Shown piece by piece: positions 10,395 to 20,537 of a stretch of DNA of 64,000 nucleotides (position 1 is its first letter; every line of letters starts with the position of its first letter). Under the pieces are notes generated by a model. That model was given only the letters and a program-made list of their open reading frames with translations, did not search any database and had not been told where the DNA came from. The position numbers were made by a program, and so were the translations under genes. The DNA is from Bacteroidia bacterium (GTDB taxonomy: Bacteria > Bacteroidota > Bacteroidia > CAIKAF01): contig JAUHWY010000001.1 in the NCBI GenBank assembly GCA_030427255.1, positions 48,141-112,140 of the forward strand. Direction: 5' to 3'.

Positions 10395-11632
10395 GATTTC
10401 TTGTAGGGAATTTGAGATTGGTGCGGATCTTGTTCAGGCTTACTCAGTATAGCTTCTAAGCGACTTTCTAGTTCATCGGTGAGTAGGTGCTCCACAATTT
10501 CTGCATTGTCGTGCAAATGATCGGCAGGCAAGTTTAGCCGCTCGTGTAAATAGCTTTCCCAGAGCCTGTGCCTACGAACTACGGAACTGGCTTTTTCTTG
10601 GCCTAAACTGCTTAAGGCCCAGCTTCCTTTTTCTTTTTCAATTAGGCCTTGTTGAGCCATACTTCTTTTTATCCGTAAGCTTTTGGCATCGCTAATGCCA
10701 CACCTAAAAGCCAGTTCTTGATCAGATAATCCCTTCGCTTTCCAAAGTTCTTTAAGGATGTTCTCTTGGATCCACCGTTTCTTTTCCAATAGACTAATCC
10801 AATAGCGGCTTAGGTAGCCTAGGTTGGGCCAAGCCAATAGTACAAAAAAGGCAAACAGCGAAAGCAATACCACCATAGCGGCTCCGGTAGAAATTCCCGG
10901 TTGGTAAGCCGACCACCAAGCTGCCAAGGCCCCGGAAAATCCGGCACTAAGCATGGAAATGCCAATCATGTATTTGGGTTTAAAGCTTAGAAAGTGCCCT
11001 ATAGCCGCCGGAGTAATGAGCAGTGCAGCGGTTAAAACCATGCCAATGGACCGTATGGATGCGGTAACTACTAAGGCAACCCATAAGTTAAGCAGCCACT
11101 CGGTTTGTCGCATTGGCATGCCTGAAGACTGGGCAAATTCCGGGTCAAAGCAAAAAAGCCAAAGAGGCCTAAACAACAGCCAGGCAAGGAATAAGGCCAA
11201 AACAAATAAGCCGCCAAGCACATAAACTTCGCTGGGTAACATGGCGGCAGCTTTACCCATAATAAGGTGCTGAACGCCTGAATTACCAAAGCCGGACCTT
11301 TGCATGCTGCTTAAAAGTGCCAAGCCTAATCCAAAAAACAATACCAAGCTAATTCCGGTGGCTCCGTCTTCGGGGATTTTAGACCGCTTGTGAATGGCAT
11401 TTACCAAGGCAATACTTAAAAGCCCCGTTCCGGTTCCGGCCAAATACACCAGCCAATGGTCGCGGTAGCCACTCAGCCAAATGCCCAAACAAACTCCCGG
11501 AAGCAAGGCATGTGCTAAGGCATCTCCCGCCAAGGATTGCCTGCGCAAATACATGGGAATACCGGTTAAGGCCGTAAGCAAACCGCTTAGACTACAGCCT
11601 ATAAATACCCAAACAGCATTACTCAAATCCAT
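10391..11632 (-). CDS. Metal ABC transporter permease fused to a C-terminal DtxR-like winged-helix/metal-sensing domain
   Basis: N-terminal ~280 aa is a permease. The C-terminal ~130 aa (RHRLWESYLHERL...) resembles a DtxR N-terminal domain. Confidence 0.75.
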   Translation of the reverse strand: MDLSNAVWVFIGCSLSGLLTALTGIPMYLRRQSLAGDALAHALLPGVCLGIWLSGYRDHWLVYLAGTGTGLLSIALVNAIHKRSKIPEDGATGISLVLFFGLGLALLSSMQRSGFGNSGVQHLIMGKAAAMLPSEVYVLGGLFVLALFLAWLLFRPLWLFCFDPEFAQSSGMPMRQTEWLLNLWVALVVTASIRSIGMVLTAALLITPAAIGHFLSFKPKYMIGISMLSAGFSGALAAWWSAYQPGISTGAAMVVLLSLFAFFVLLAWPNLGYLSRYWISLLEKKRWIQENILKELWKAKGLSDQELAFRCGISDAKSLRIKRSMAQQGLIEKEKGSWALSSLGQEKASSVVRRHRLWESYLHERLNLPADHLHDNAEIVEHLLTDELESRLEAILSKPEQDPHQSQIPYKKS

Positions 11633-12427
11633 TTAGCTCTTTTGATTTCTTGGGTCCTTAAACCTCCCCGGATTCCTGGTTACTAAATCAATGACATCGG
11701 ACAAAATGCTCAAGTCGCTTCCATAGGTTGCCGATAAATTCTCGTGATTAAACACTTCTGAAACAGGGCCTGAGGCTACAAGCCGGGTGTTTAATAAAAT
11801 GGCATCATCCAGAATTTTGCCGGCAGATACCAAATCGTGGTGCACCATTACAATACTTTTTCCTTGCTCAATGAGCAGCTTGAGCATATGCAAAATTCGT
11901 TCTGCAGATCCTGCATCTACTCCCGCAAAAGGCTCATCCAAAAATAAAAGAGATGGTTCTCTGGCTAAGGCCCGTGCTAAAAATACACGCTGCCTTTGTC
12001 CGCCGCTTAGCTGTCCGATTTGCCGATTCGCTAAATGGTTCATGCCTGTTTGTTCGAGCCAATACAAGGCGGCTTCCTTATCTTTTTTGCCCAGCCTTTG
12101 CCAAAACCTACCCGGACGATAACGCCCCATAAGGACCACATCCAATACCGTTGCAGGGAAGTTCCAGTCGACACTCTCTTTTTGTGGAACGTAAGCAATG
12201 CGGTGACGTACCCTATCTACTTTCTGCCCCCATAAGTGTGCATAACCGGTATAAGGCGTAATTTGCCCCAATAGGCATTTTAAAAGGGTGGACTTTCCAC
12301 TGCCGTTAGGACCTAGAATGCCCGTGAATTTACCTTCTTGTATCTGAAAATCTAAATTCCAGATGGCCGGTCTGCGACGGTAGCCTGCGGTTAGGTTGTG
12401 GACGTCTACTATGGGCTCGATTTTCAT
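11633..12427 (-). CDS. Metal ABC transporter ATP-binding protein
   Basis: Walker A GPNGSGKSTLLK and signature LSGGQRQRV. Confidence 0.9.
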   Translation of the reverse strand: MKIEPIVDVHNLTAGYRRRPAIWNLDFQIQEGKFTGILGPNGSGKSTLLKCLLGQITPYTGYAHLWGQKVDRVRHRIAYVPQKESVDWNFPATVLDVVLMGRYRPGRFWQRLGKKDKEAALYWLEQTGMNHLANRQIGQLSGGQRQRVFLARALAREPSLLFLDEPFAGVDAGSAERILHMLKLLIEQGKSIVMVHHDLVSAGKILDDAILLNTRLVASGPVSEVFNHENLSATYGSDLSILSDVIDLVTRNPGRFKDPRNQKS

Positions 12428-12429
12428 AT

Positions 12430-13353
12430 TTATGGGTTGCTAGCTAAGGATTCTGACAAGAGAAGGGCATTTGTTTGAAGCATGCTGCTCCAAGTATTGG
12501 CTAAGCTGCCTTCGGGTCCCGGGGCATCGGCGTATAAAGTGGCACCTTGGATTAATTGGTGTCCTTGAGCAGCACAGCCACGGACTACTGCCTCCATGGA
12601 CCTTCGGCTTTGTCCGGTTTCGGTAAAAACCGCAGGAATGCTTTGCTGCACCACATAATCCACCATGTCTTGAACCTCAAAAACGCCAAACTCAGCGGTG
12701 GTTGAAACTCCTTGTAGGGACTTGACTTCAAGGCCATATCTTCGGCCAAAATAGGTGAAGGCGTCGTGTACGGTAAGGAGTACCCGCCGGTGTGCCGGTA
12801 TGGTTTCTATGCGGCACATTACTTCTTGATCCAAGCTTAAGCAAAATTGCTTAAAGCGTTCTTTTCTGAATTGGAGGGTGTCTTGAGGAATGTTCAATTG
12901 GGGCGCTAGTTGGTCGGCTGCATGAAACATGCACTGCATCCAAAGTATAGGATCGAACCAGAAATGAGGGTCGTAATGGTAACCATCGGCCGGAATAGCC
13001 GCCTGAGGAGCCAATGCATCCGATAGCCGGACGGAAAAAGCTTGTAAATGTGGGCTTTCGAGCATGGAAGTCATGTTTCCTTCGAGGTAAAAACCATTGA
13101 ATACCACGGCTTGTGCGTTTTCTAAGGCGGAAAGATCTCCCGGAACCGGCCGATAGCTGTGTGGGTCTGAGCCCGGGCCCATAAGCACTTGAATTTCTGC
13201 GTAGTCTTTGATTAATGGCTCTAAGCCATCTCGAATCATTGCGGTAGTGGTTACCACCAGAGGACTTGTGCCTCCTTTAGGCGGGTTTTTGCAAGCCAAA
13301 AGGCAAATCAAAAGCAACCATGCAAAGAGGCCAAAGCGCATTTGGGGAAACAT
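12430..13353 (-). CDS. Metal ABC transporter substrate-binding lipoprotein (ZnuA/MntC/TroA family)
   Basis: TroA-like fold motifs and a signal peptide MFPQMRFGLFAWLLLICLLAC. The ORF-track N-terminal extension to 13596 runs into GC-rich element B and is rejected. Confidence 0.8.
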   Translation of the reverse strand: MFPQMRFGLFAWLLLICLLACKNPPKGGTSPLVVTTTAMIRDGLEPLIKDYAEIQVLMGPGSDPHSYRPVPGDLSALENAQAVVFNGFYLEGNMTSMLESPHLQAFSVRLSDALAPQAAIPADGYHYDPHFWFDPILWMQCMFHAADQLAPQLNIPQDTLQFRKERFKQFCLSLDQEVMCRIETIPAHRRVLLTVHDAFTYFGRRYGLEVKSLQGVSTTAEFGVFEVQDMVDYVVQQSIPAVFTETGQSRRSMEAVVRGCAAQGHQLIQGATLYADAPGPEGSLANTWSSMLQTNALLLSESLASNP

Positions 13354-13439
13354 AAGGCAAAGGTAGTTTTTGTAAACAGAATTTGAAAATTTGGCTTGTC
13401 TAAAAATAGGATTGTCTTTTATGAACCTGTATTTACTAC

Positions 13440-13600
13440 GGAGCTTAAGCGCCCCGGATGCGGTGGAAAGCCCGGAGGACCGAAGTCTAGCTTTTGCAGG
13501 CGGAAAGGAGTGGCGCGCAGCAAACTCCCTTTCCGACAAGCAAAAGCAGACTGAGGGACGATGACTTGAAACCGGCAGCCGGAAAAGGCGCCCCAAAAAG
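13440..13600 (+). repeat. GC-rich intergenic element, copy B
   Basis: Aligns along its length with the reverse complement of copy C. Shared blocks are CCCCGGATGC, GGAAAGCCCGGAGG, GGAGTGGxGCGCAGCAAACTCCCT and GGCAGCCGGAAAAGGC. Confidence 0.6.
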
Positions 13601-13602
13601 CC

Positions 13603-13636
13603 AAAAAAAAAGCCTCCACTGGGGAGGCTTTTAAAA
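13603..13636. terminator. Bidirectional terminator hairpin (AGCCTCC-ACTGG-GGAGGCT flanked by A/T runs)
   Basis: Located 3' of the minus-strand gene 13652-14608. Confidence 0.55.
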
Positions 13637-13651
13637 AACTAGGACCAAAGC

Positions 13652-14608
13652 TTAGTGAGCCACAGAAATTTTCTGGCGTCCAATGAGTTTGAAATCGGTC
13701 TGAACTACCAAAATGTACTGACCATTGCTCAAGTCTTGGAGGTCCATGCCCAGTTGATCGGCTTGGTTCCGTACTTCGCGCACGAGTTGACCATTGAGGT
13801 TGTAAAGACGCAAGCGTACGGGTTCGTTGATGTCTTGCACCTGCACCTGAATGCGGTCGGTAGCAGGATTGGGGAATACCTGAATGTTTGCATTTTGGGT
13901 TTCTTCAATGGAAGAGGTGAATTCAAAAGAAAGATCGTCCAAAGAAAGTGCAGAACCTACTTGTCCGGCGCTATTTTGGAGATTCACCAAATCGTAACCT
14001 GCACTGGAGGCCATAATGATGTTGATGGAATCGGGGGTGTTTTGGGAGGTGTAGTTGATGTCCACCGAAAATTGAGTCCACGCATTTTGTGCTGATGTAA
14101 TGACTAAGTTGCCGGTTCCAACCACCTCTTTGGTTTGGTTTAGGGCATCGTAGCGCGTTAGCTCCACAAAGAAGGCAGCAGAATCGCCGCTCACGGGGGC
14201 ATACTGGTAGTAGCCGGTCATGCGCTCAGGCCTTTGGGTGTAAGGACGTCCCAGGTAAATGGTTTGGTTGGCGATATCCACATCTCCGGTTCCCAAGTAC
14301 CCTGGAACAATAATAGCACCGGCCACATCATCGGTTACCACTTGAATAGAATAGGTGCCGTTGTAAGCATTTGCGGCGTCTAATCTAAATGCAGAGGGGG
14401 CGGTAAGAGGCGCATCCAAAATAGCGTTAAGGGTACGCAGGAAGTTTTGGGTACGGTCTTGGTTTGGTCCTAAGTCGTTGTAGGTTTGAGCACCACTGGT
14501 TTGGTAGCTGTTCCATTGCTCCATGTCGCCATTGGGCATAAGTGTTTGAGCGGTAAGCCCTAAGCTCAATACTAGAGAAGAAAAAGTAAAAATTGATTTC
14601 ATATCCAT
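13652..14608 (-). CDS. Secreted protein with a T9SS C-terminal sorting domain
   Basis: Signal peptide and a C-terminal ~80 aa ending ...YILVVQTDFKLIGRQKISVAH, typical of a Por secretion CTD. Confidence 0.7.
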   Translation of the reverse strand: MDMKSIFTFSSLVLSLGLTAQTLMPNGDMEQWNSYQTSGAQTYNDLGPNQDRTQNFLRTLNAILDAPLTAPSAFRLDAANAYNGTYSIQVVTDDVAGAIIVPGYLGTGDVDIANQTIYLGRPYTQRPERMTGYYQYAPVSGDSAAFFVELTRYDALNQTKEVVGTGNLVITSAQNAWTQFSVDINYTSQNTPDSINIIMASSAGYDLVNLQNSAGQVGSALSLDDLSFEFTSSIEETQNANIQVFPNPATDRIQVQVQDINEPVRLRLYNLNGQLVREVRNQADQLGMDLQDLSNGQYILVVQTDFKLIGRQKISVAH

Positions 14609-14659
14609 GCAGATTTGAGTACAAAGATAATTCAGGAAATTGGAATGCGGTGTTTTGAT

Positions 14660-17194
14660 CTAAAAAGTGAAGCCAATTTGGAGGGTGGTTAGCCTAGGAG
14701 GCGCCACGCCCAAGGGGCGAACGCTGTATTCTGCATTGAAGAGGTTTTCGCAAATAAGCCCTACTCTAAGCCATTTCCAAGAATAATTGATGCGTGCATC
14801 AAATACCCAAGCTCCGGCTCCTGCATTGTCCAAAAACTCTTGAAGTCCTCCAAACTGGCTGGAGGTGCCGGGCAATACAAAAAAGCGGTCGATTACCTGC
14901 ATGGTGCTGTAGTATCGTGCGGTGTAGCCGAGCGAAAATCCTTTAAAGTTGATTTGTACATCTCCGTTTACCAGATGTTGTACTCTGTATTTTAGGATGT
15001 TATTACCGCTTGAGGTATCGGTTGCCGTTTGGTTGTACGATAGATAAAATGTGTCCAACTGTCCACCGGGAACATTGATGTTGTTTTCGATGGAGGTGGC
15101 ATAGGCTAAATCCGGCTCCAGGGTCTGAGGCAAGCTGTAGGTATAGCCTGCGTTGATGTCAATGCTCCAGTTTTTGTGTAGCAGCAATTGGGTATACAAA
15201 ATGGCTTCTGTACCACGAATGCGTGCTTTTCCGGTGTTGAAGAATCGAAAACCTGAGAGGTTTGTTTGGATGTCAGAAAGGCCTACAAAGGCAAATTCCA
15301 CAAAGTTTTCGTATTCCTGCCAGAAGCCGGAAATATCCACAAAGCCACGCACCTTTTTACCGAAACGGTAGAGTTGTTTAAGCCCAATTTCGCCGCTCCA
15401 ACTGGTTTCAGGTTCCAAATCCGGATTGGCAAAGAAGCCGCTACCTCCGCTAAAGGTAGAGATGAAGCGTTCGCCGATGGTGGGAAAGCGAAAGCCTTGC
15501 CCCCAAGAGGCTCGGATGAATGTGCCGTCCGTAAGTCTAAAGTTGCTACCCACCCTAAACACCGGCTGTGCTTCGGTGATGTCGTTTACCTGAAAATACT
15601 CATACCTTCCTCCGGCAGTTAAGGTGAGCCGCTTAAAGAATTTTTTCTCTAATTGCACGTAAGCCGCAGCATTTAATGCATTGGAGGTGGAGTCTCCTGT
15701 ACCTGTAGCACTAAAAACACCTCCTGTACTCCAGGTGTGGCTCATGGTGACACCTGCGGTAATGGATAAATCTTTGGTTATAAACGGAAGGACTCCGGTG
15801 GATGAAAAATCCTTGCTGAACTGGTATTCGGCAAAAGAAGTTCGAGACCTGGAATCTTGTCCCTGTTGGAGGCTGTCGTTTTGCCCGTTTACATCTCCAT
15901 CAGACCAGCTGCCAAACAGACGAGCTCTAAGAATATGTTTGGCGCCCTTTTTCCCGGAATACATGAGGTATGGGTCCAAATAGGCAAAGAAATTGTTGAA
16001 ATTGGTAAGGCTTCCCGGAAGCATGCGGTAAATATTGGTGTCGGCATCCTGCCAAAAAAAGCTTTGGCTTTCGTTTAGAATAATGGCGTTTCCGTTCAAT
16101 CCGAAGCTAAGGCCGTCCCATTTTTTTATTCTAAATCGGGTATTGAAGTTCATGCGAATGCTTCGCTCATACTCGCCAATATTGGTTCGTGTGGTATCAA
16201 ACGGGCCGGTGGTAAAGCCTCCCTCAAGAGGTTCACCTCCTTTGAAGCCTTGGTCCCAAAGGGCTTGACCTCCAAGTACCAAGTCCACTTCAAAAGTTTC
16301 GCTTTTGGGCTTTATGATGCGTGAGTGCAGGAAGTTCATACCCGATTTGAGGGGATTAAACCCTGTCCAAGGCTTTTTGTAACTGTCGTTGGGGCCGCTG
16401 TATACTCCCGTAAACAGGTTTATTTTGGTTAAGGGTTTCCCGGTGGGGTAAGCGGTTCTAATGTTGATTACTCCATTGGAAGCTCCGGAGCCATAAAGTA
16501 CCGAGGAGGCTCCTTTAACTACCTCTATTTGAGAGGTGTTTTCCATAGGATAAAAGCTCCACATGGGCCTGCCGGCATCTGCGCGTAGTACGGGCATGCC
16601 GTCGATAAGAATGAGCACTCGGCTACCTAATCCGGAGCTAAAGCCTGAGCCGCCGCGAATTTGAGGCTCTGCATCCACAATGGTTACGCCTGGGATTTGT
16701 TCAATAACCAAGTCGGCAGAGGTGGCGTTTCGATTTCGAATAAGCTCCGGCTTAACCAGGCTGATGGAGACGGTAGATTCCTCGATTTTTTGGGGGTTTC
16801 GGCTTTCGGCATACACTACCTCGTTTAGTTCCAGCATGCTTGGCTCCAACACCATGTCTTTGAATAGTATTTCCCCGGCCTTGATGGTAATGGTATCGGT
16901 AGCTGCTTTAAAACCAACGGCAGAATAATGAATGATGTAAGTGCCGGGTTTATTTTCTAAGCGATAAAAGCCATTGAAGTCTGAAATGGCTCCCTTAAGG
17001 GAGGATTCTGTGGGTACTTCTCCTTGGTTTGCTCCGGGCTCGGTTAGGTACACGGTAACTAAAGGGACCGGTTCTTTTTCAGCGGAACCCGTTATGGTTC
17101 CTTGAACAGATCCATTTTGCGCATGAATATTCGTTTCTAGGGCGGTGCTCAAGGCCAAACCAAAAGCCAAATATGCAACAGCAGTTTTTATCAT
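14660..17194 (-). CDS. TonB-dependent outer-membrane receptor with an N-terminal carboxypeptidase-regulatory-like domain
   Basis: Plug domain motifs and a C-terminal beta-barrel ending in F (TLQIGFTF); signal peptide present. Confidence 0.85.
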   Translation of the reverse strand: MIKTAVAYLAFGLALSTALETNIHAQNGSVQGTITGSAEKEPVPLVTVYLTEPGANQGEVPTESSLKGAISDFNGFYRLENKPGTYIIHYSAVGFKAATDTITIKAGEILFKDMVLEPSMLELNEVVYAESRNPQKIEESTVSISLVKPELIRNRNATSADLVIEQIPGVTIVDAEPQIRGGSGFSSGLGSRVLILIDGMPVLRADAGRPMWSFYPMENTSQIEVVKGASSVLYGSGASNGVINIRTAYPTGKPLTKINLFTGVYSGPNDSYKKPWTGFNPLKSGMNFLHSRIIKPKSETFEVDLVLGGQALWDQGFKGGEPLEGGFTTGPFDTTRTNIGEYERSIRMNFNTRFRIKKWDGLSFGLNGNAIILNESQSFFWQDADTNIYRMLPGSLTNFNNFFAYLDPYLMYSGKKGAKHILRARLFGSWSDGDVNGQNDSLQQGQDSRSRTSFAEYQFSKDFSSTGVLPFITKDLSITAGVTMSHTWSTGGVFSATGTGDSTSNALNAAAYVQLEKKFFKRLTLTAGGRYEYFQVNDITEAQPVFRVGSNFRLTDGTFIRASWGQGFRFPTIGERFISTFSGGSGFFANPDLEPETSWSGEIGLKQLYRFGKKVRGFVDISGFWQEYENFVEFAFVGLSDIQTNLSGFRFFNTGKARIRGTEAILYTQLLLHKNWSIDINAGYTYSLPQTLEPDLAYATSIENNINVPGGQLDTFYLSYNQTATDTSSGNNILKYRVQHLVNGDVQINFKGFSLGYTARYYSTMQVIDRFFVLPGTSSQFGGLQEFLDNAGAGAWVFDARINYSWKWLRVGLICENLFNAEYSVRPLGVAPPRLTTLQIGFTF

Positions 17195-17473
17195 TATCGT
17201 CTTTTTTCGCGTCTTCCGGAGCTTTGGAACGTGTTGTTATGATATGGGTATTATAAGCAAAAGATAGACCAAAATGCCCCAATTGACTACTGCAAATATG
17301 GTTAAACCCAAAGAATTTTGGTTTGGCAAAATATTCTAAATAGCGATTATGCTCAATTTGACTTTGATTAAGTTCCATTTTAAAACAGGATGTTTATTTT
17401 TGCCTCATTATGAAGGCTTAACTACAAATCCCGACCGTCCGTACCCCTTGGTTTTATTTGTTATTGCATAGTT

Positions 17474-18943
17474 ATGCCTTCTCGAAGTATTGATTTTTTT
17501 TGGAATGGTTTGCGCCGGGCCTATAGGCTTGATGAATGGCGTGGTTTAGGTTTTCGTGATTTTCTTTCTTGGACAAAGCAAGGTTTAAGCGGCAAGGAAG
17601 ACGCAAAGGAGCTTACCCATGGATTGTTATGGAAGTCCGTGGTGCTACTTTCCATTCCCATGATGGCAGAAATGCTGATGGAGTCAGTATTTGCCGTAGT
17701 GGATATGTATTTTGTTTCTAAGCTTGGCGTACAAGAGCCGGCAATTGTTGGCATTACCGAATCGGTTTTAATGCTAATGTATTCTCTTGCCGTAGGTTTG
17801 TCGGTAGGACTTACGGCGATGATTAGCCGGAGGGTAGGTGAGGGGCGGTTTCGTCAAGCCGGGTTGACAGCTGTGCAGGGCCTTGCCTTATCGCTTGGAT
17901 TGAGTTTGGTTTTGGCCCTTCCGGGCATATGGTTTGCCGGCGATGTGTTGCGCCTGATGGGCGCAAACGCAGGATTGATTGAAAAGGGGGAGCGCTTTGC
18001 CGCTATTATGTACGGCGGCAACTTGTCCATTTTGTGGCTTTTTGCCTTAAATGCCATTTTCAGGGGCGCAGGCAATGCCAGTTTGGCCATGCGAACCCTC
18101 ATTTTGGCTAATGGGTTAAACCTGGTGCTGGATCCCCTTTTTATTTTTGGCCTTGGTTCATGGGAAGGTATGGGCTTGGAAGGCGCTGCTGTGGCCACCA
18201 ATATTGGAAGGTTTGTAGGGGTTGCTTATCAGTTGTATTATTTTTTGGGCGGCAAAAGCCGGGTGCGGGTTTTTAAGCATCAGCTGCGATTGAATGCTTT
18301 TCTGTTAAAGCGACTTGTTACGCTTTCATCCGGGGGGGTGGTTCAATTCCTTATAGAATCAGCCAGCTGGATGTTTTTAATTCGTGTTATGACAGGTTTT
18401 GGGGACGCGGCTCTTGCTGCATACACCATAGCCTTTCGAATTATTGTGTTTACTATTTTACCCGGCTGGGGATTGGCTAATGCAGCGGCTACCTTGGCGG
18501 GCCAAAATATTGGCGCCGGTTTTCCTCAAAGGGCTCGTGAGGCTGTCATGTTGTGTCTTAGATTAAATGTAGCCTTTTACGGCCTGCTTTCCCTTTTCCT
18601 TTGGTGGGCCTCTCCTTGGTTGGCGCAACAATTCAATCCGGATCCGGAGGTAGTTAAAACGGCTACCTTGGGCTTACGTGTAATTTCGTTGGGCTATATT
18701 TTCTTTTCGGCCGGAATGGTTTTTGGACAATCTCTAAATGGTGCCGGCGACACCAAATCTCCTATGTTCATTAATCTAATTGCTTTTTGGGCCATTCAAA
18801 TACCCTTGGCCTATGTTCTTGCCAACACTTTGGAATTGGGGCCTTTGGGTGTTTTTGCCTCCATTGCTTTTTGCCATTCTTTGTATGCGCTCATGGCCGG
18901 TTGGGTGTTTGGAAAGGGACGCTGGGCTAAGGTATTGGTCTAG
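17474..18943 (+). CDS. MATE family efflux transporter
   Basis: 12-TM pattern with two MatE repeats (LSIPMMAEMLMESVFAVVDMYFVSKLG...). Confidence 0.85.
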   Translation: MPSRSIDFFWNGLRRAYRLDEWRGLGFRDFLSWTKQGLSGKEDAKELTHGLLWKSVVLLSIPMMAEMLMESVFAVVDMYFVSKLGVQEPAIVGITESVLMLMYSLAVGLSVGLTAMISRRVGEGRFRQAGLTAVQGLALSLGLSLVLALPGIWFAGDVLRLMGANAGLIEKGERFAAIMYGGNLSILWLFALNAIFRGAGNASLAMRTLILANGLNLVLDPLFIFGLGSWEGMGLEGAAVATNIGRFVGVAYQLYYFLGGKSRVRVFKHQLRLNAFLLKRLVTLSSGGVVQFLIESASWMFLIRVMTGFGDAALAAYTIAFRIIVFTILPGWGLANAAATLAGQNIGAGFPQRAREAVMLCLRLNVAFYGLLSLFLWWASPWLAQQFNPDPEVVKTATLGLRVISLGYIFFSAGMVFGQSLNGAGDTKSPMFINLIAFWAIQIPLAYVLANTLELGPLGVFASIAFCHSLYALMAGWVFGKGRWAKVLV

Positions 18944-19620
18944 TCCAAATGTATGGACTGCCCGGCGTCCAAGGACTTCCAATCGGCAACATGTTCCGGC
19001 TCTTCCCTTTGGGTCCATTTTCTTAGCCATCCTTTGCCTGCTTTATCGCGGTCGTGGGTTCTTATCAACACCTTAGGCCGAAGCATGGACAGCAGCTGGG
19101 TTTGGTGTTGTATGGCCAAAGCAACGGTGCCTCCCAACCACCAAGGCAAATGATAGGCCCTAACCGAGGTAATCCAGGCTTGCGGTTCAGGCTTGGGAAG
19201 GACACCTTTTCCGGTCCATTTAAATCCGTGGGGGCTGTATAGAATGCGCAAGCCCTGTTCTTTGTGTTCAATTTCCCAAGCTTTTTGCAAAGGGTGCTTG
19301 CCATAGGCACGTAGGCAAAAAGGGCCCAGTTGTAGTTCCTGTTTATGCTTGAATCCTAATACAGGGGCATGCCCTTTGGCTCGTAATGCGTCAAGGCTAG
19401 GCTTGTGGCAGTGATCTCCAAAGTGAAAGGCCACAAAAATATAGGCATGCTCAGGAATGGATTGTATGCCTTCGCCATAATCGCTTAGCCATTCTTCCGA
19501 AAACCAAGAAGGACCGTTTTTCTGGCTGCCCGACAACCATGGGTCAATCACCAAATTGTCATTTCCGACTTGCCACAGCCAACTGCTGTCTTCATTTAAG
19601 GCTTGCAGGCGACTGCTCAT
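18940..19620 (-). CDS. Hypothetical protein, possibly a metallo-hydrolase-like fold
   Basis: His-rich FHFGDHCH segment only. Confidence 0.35.
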   Translation of the reverse strand: MSSRLQALNEDSSWLWQVGNDNLVIDPWLSGSQKNGPSWFSEEWLSDYGEGIQSIPEHAYIFVAFHFGDHCHKPSLDALRAKGHAPVLGFKHKQELQLGPFCLRAYGKHPLQKAWEIEHKEQGLRILYSPHGFKWTGKGVLPKPEPQAWITSVRAYHLPWWLGGTVALAIQHQTQLLSMLRPKVLIRTHDRDKAGKGWLRKWTQREEPEHVADWKSLDAGQSIHLD

Positions 19621-20533
19621 GCACTACTTTGTTTTTGATTTTCCATGGAATGAGTGCCGGTACTTCCTTTTGATACTTAGTATAGTCTTGCTTCCTAGTC
19701 CTTTGTCTTTTTTCCATCATGGGAATGCTCACAAAGGCAAATAGTAAGGTTAAGGACAAAGGCCCGGCAAAGGTCCACCAGTAGTCAGGGCTTGCTGCCA
19801 TACCTACGGCATAAACACCCCACCAAAACAGCAACTCTCCCAAATAATTTGGGTGGCGACTAATGGACCAAAGCCCCTTGCGAAAAACCAAGCCCGGTTT
19901 GAGCAAGCCGCGTTGCCTGGCACCGTACATTTGGTCGTCGGCCACGGTTTCTAAAAATAAACCGAGAAAACATAAGCCAAGACCTATGAAATCTAAGGCC
20001 TGTAGTTTAAATCCCCCTGAACTCGGGTTAAATATGGCCCAAAAGGGCAAACACATGGCAAATACAATAAGGGTAGGAAATAAATGAATGCCTAAAAACG
20101 AAACCGGCCAATACATCGCTCCCGTCTTTTTCCTAAAATCTTGGTATCTCCAATCTTCATGACCCAGACCGGTCCATCCTCGTGCCCAATTGTAGGTGAG
20201 TCTCCAAGCCCAAAAACTAACAAGCATAAAGCATAAACCTGCCCGAACCATGGCCACAGGACCGGGCTCCAACAGCAGCGAAGTATCTGCCTGACCCATC
20301 CAAAACAAAAACAAAAAAGGAGGAGCTACACTCCAATAAGCATCGTAAAAGGAGGAATTATTAAAGCCCAGGCTAAAGAAAAAGATAACCAAGGTGGCCA
20401 GCACATCTACCGATAAAAGCTGCACCATAGGATGCATAAATTCCAAATAGGGTAAGGCAACTGCGGCGGCTGCCAAACAACTCAAGTAAGCAATAAATAC
20501 CCAAAACAGGGCAACGTATCTATTTTGCTCCAT
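19592..20533 (-). CDS. DUF1295 / ICMT / steroid-5-alpha-reductase-like membrane protein
   Basis: ISRHPNYLGELLFWWG motif near the C-terminus and multiple TM helices. Confidence 0.65.
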   Translation of the reverse strand: MEQNRYVALFWVFIAYLSCLAAAAVALPYLEFMHPMVQLLSVDVLATLVIFFFSLGFNNSSFYDAYWSVAPPFLFLFWMGQADTSLLLEPGPVAMVRAGLCFMLVSFWAWRLTYNWARGWTGLGHEDWRYQDFRKKTGAMYWPVSFLGIHLFPTLIVFAMCLPFWAIFNPSSGGFKLQALDFIGLGLCFLGLFLETVADDQMYGARQRGLLKPGLVFRKGLWSISRHPNYLGELLFWWGVYAVGMAASPDYWWTFAGPLSLTLLFAFVSIPMMEKRQRTRKQDYTKYQKEVPALIPWKIKNKVVHEQSPASLK

Positions 20534-20537
20534 TATT

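Noticed and set aside
13353-13619. N-terminal extension of the znuA-like ORF (to 13596) and the ORF at 13419-13619
   Set aside because: The extension runs through GC-rich element B. A proper signal peptide starts at the internal Met at 13353.
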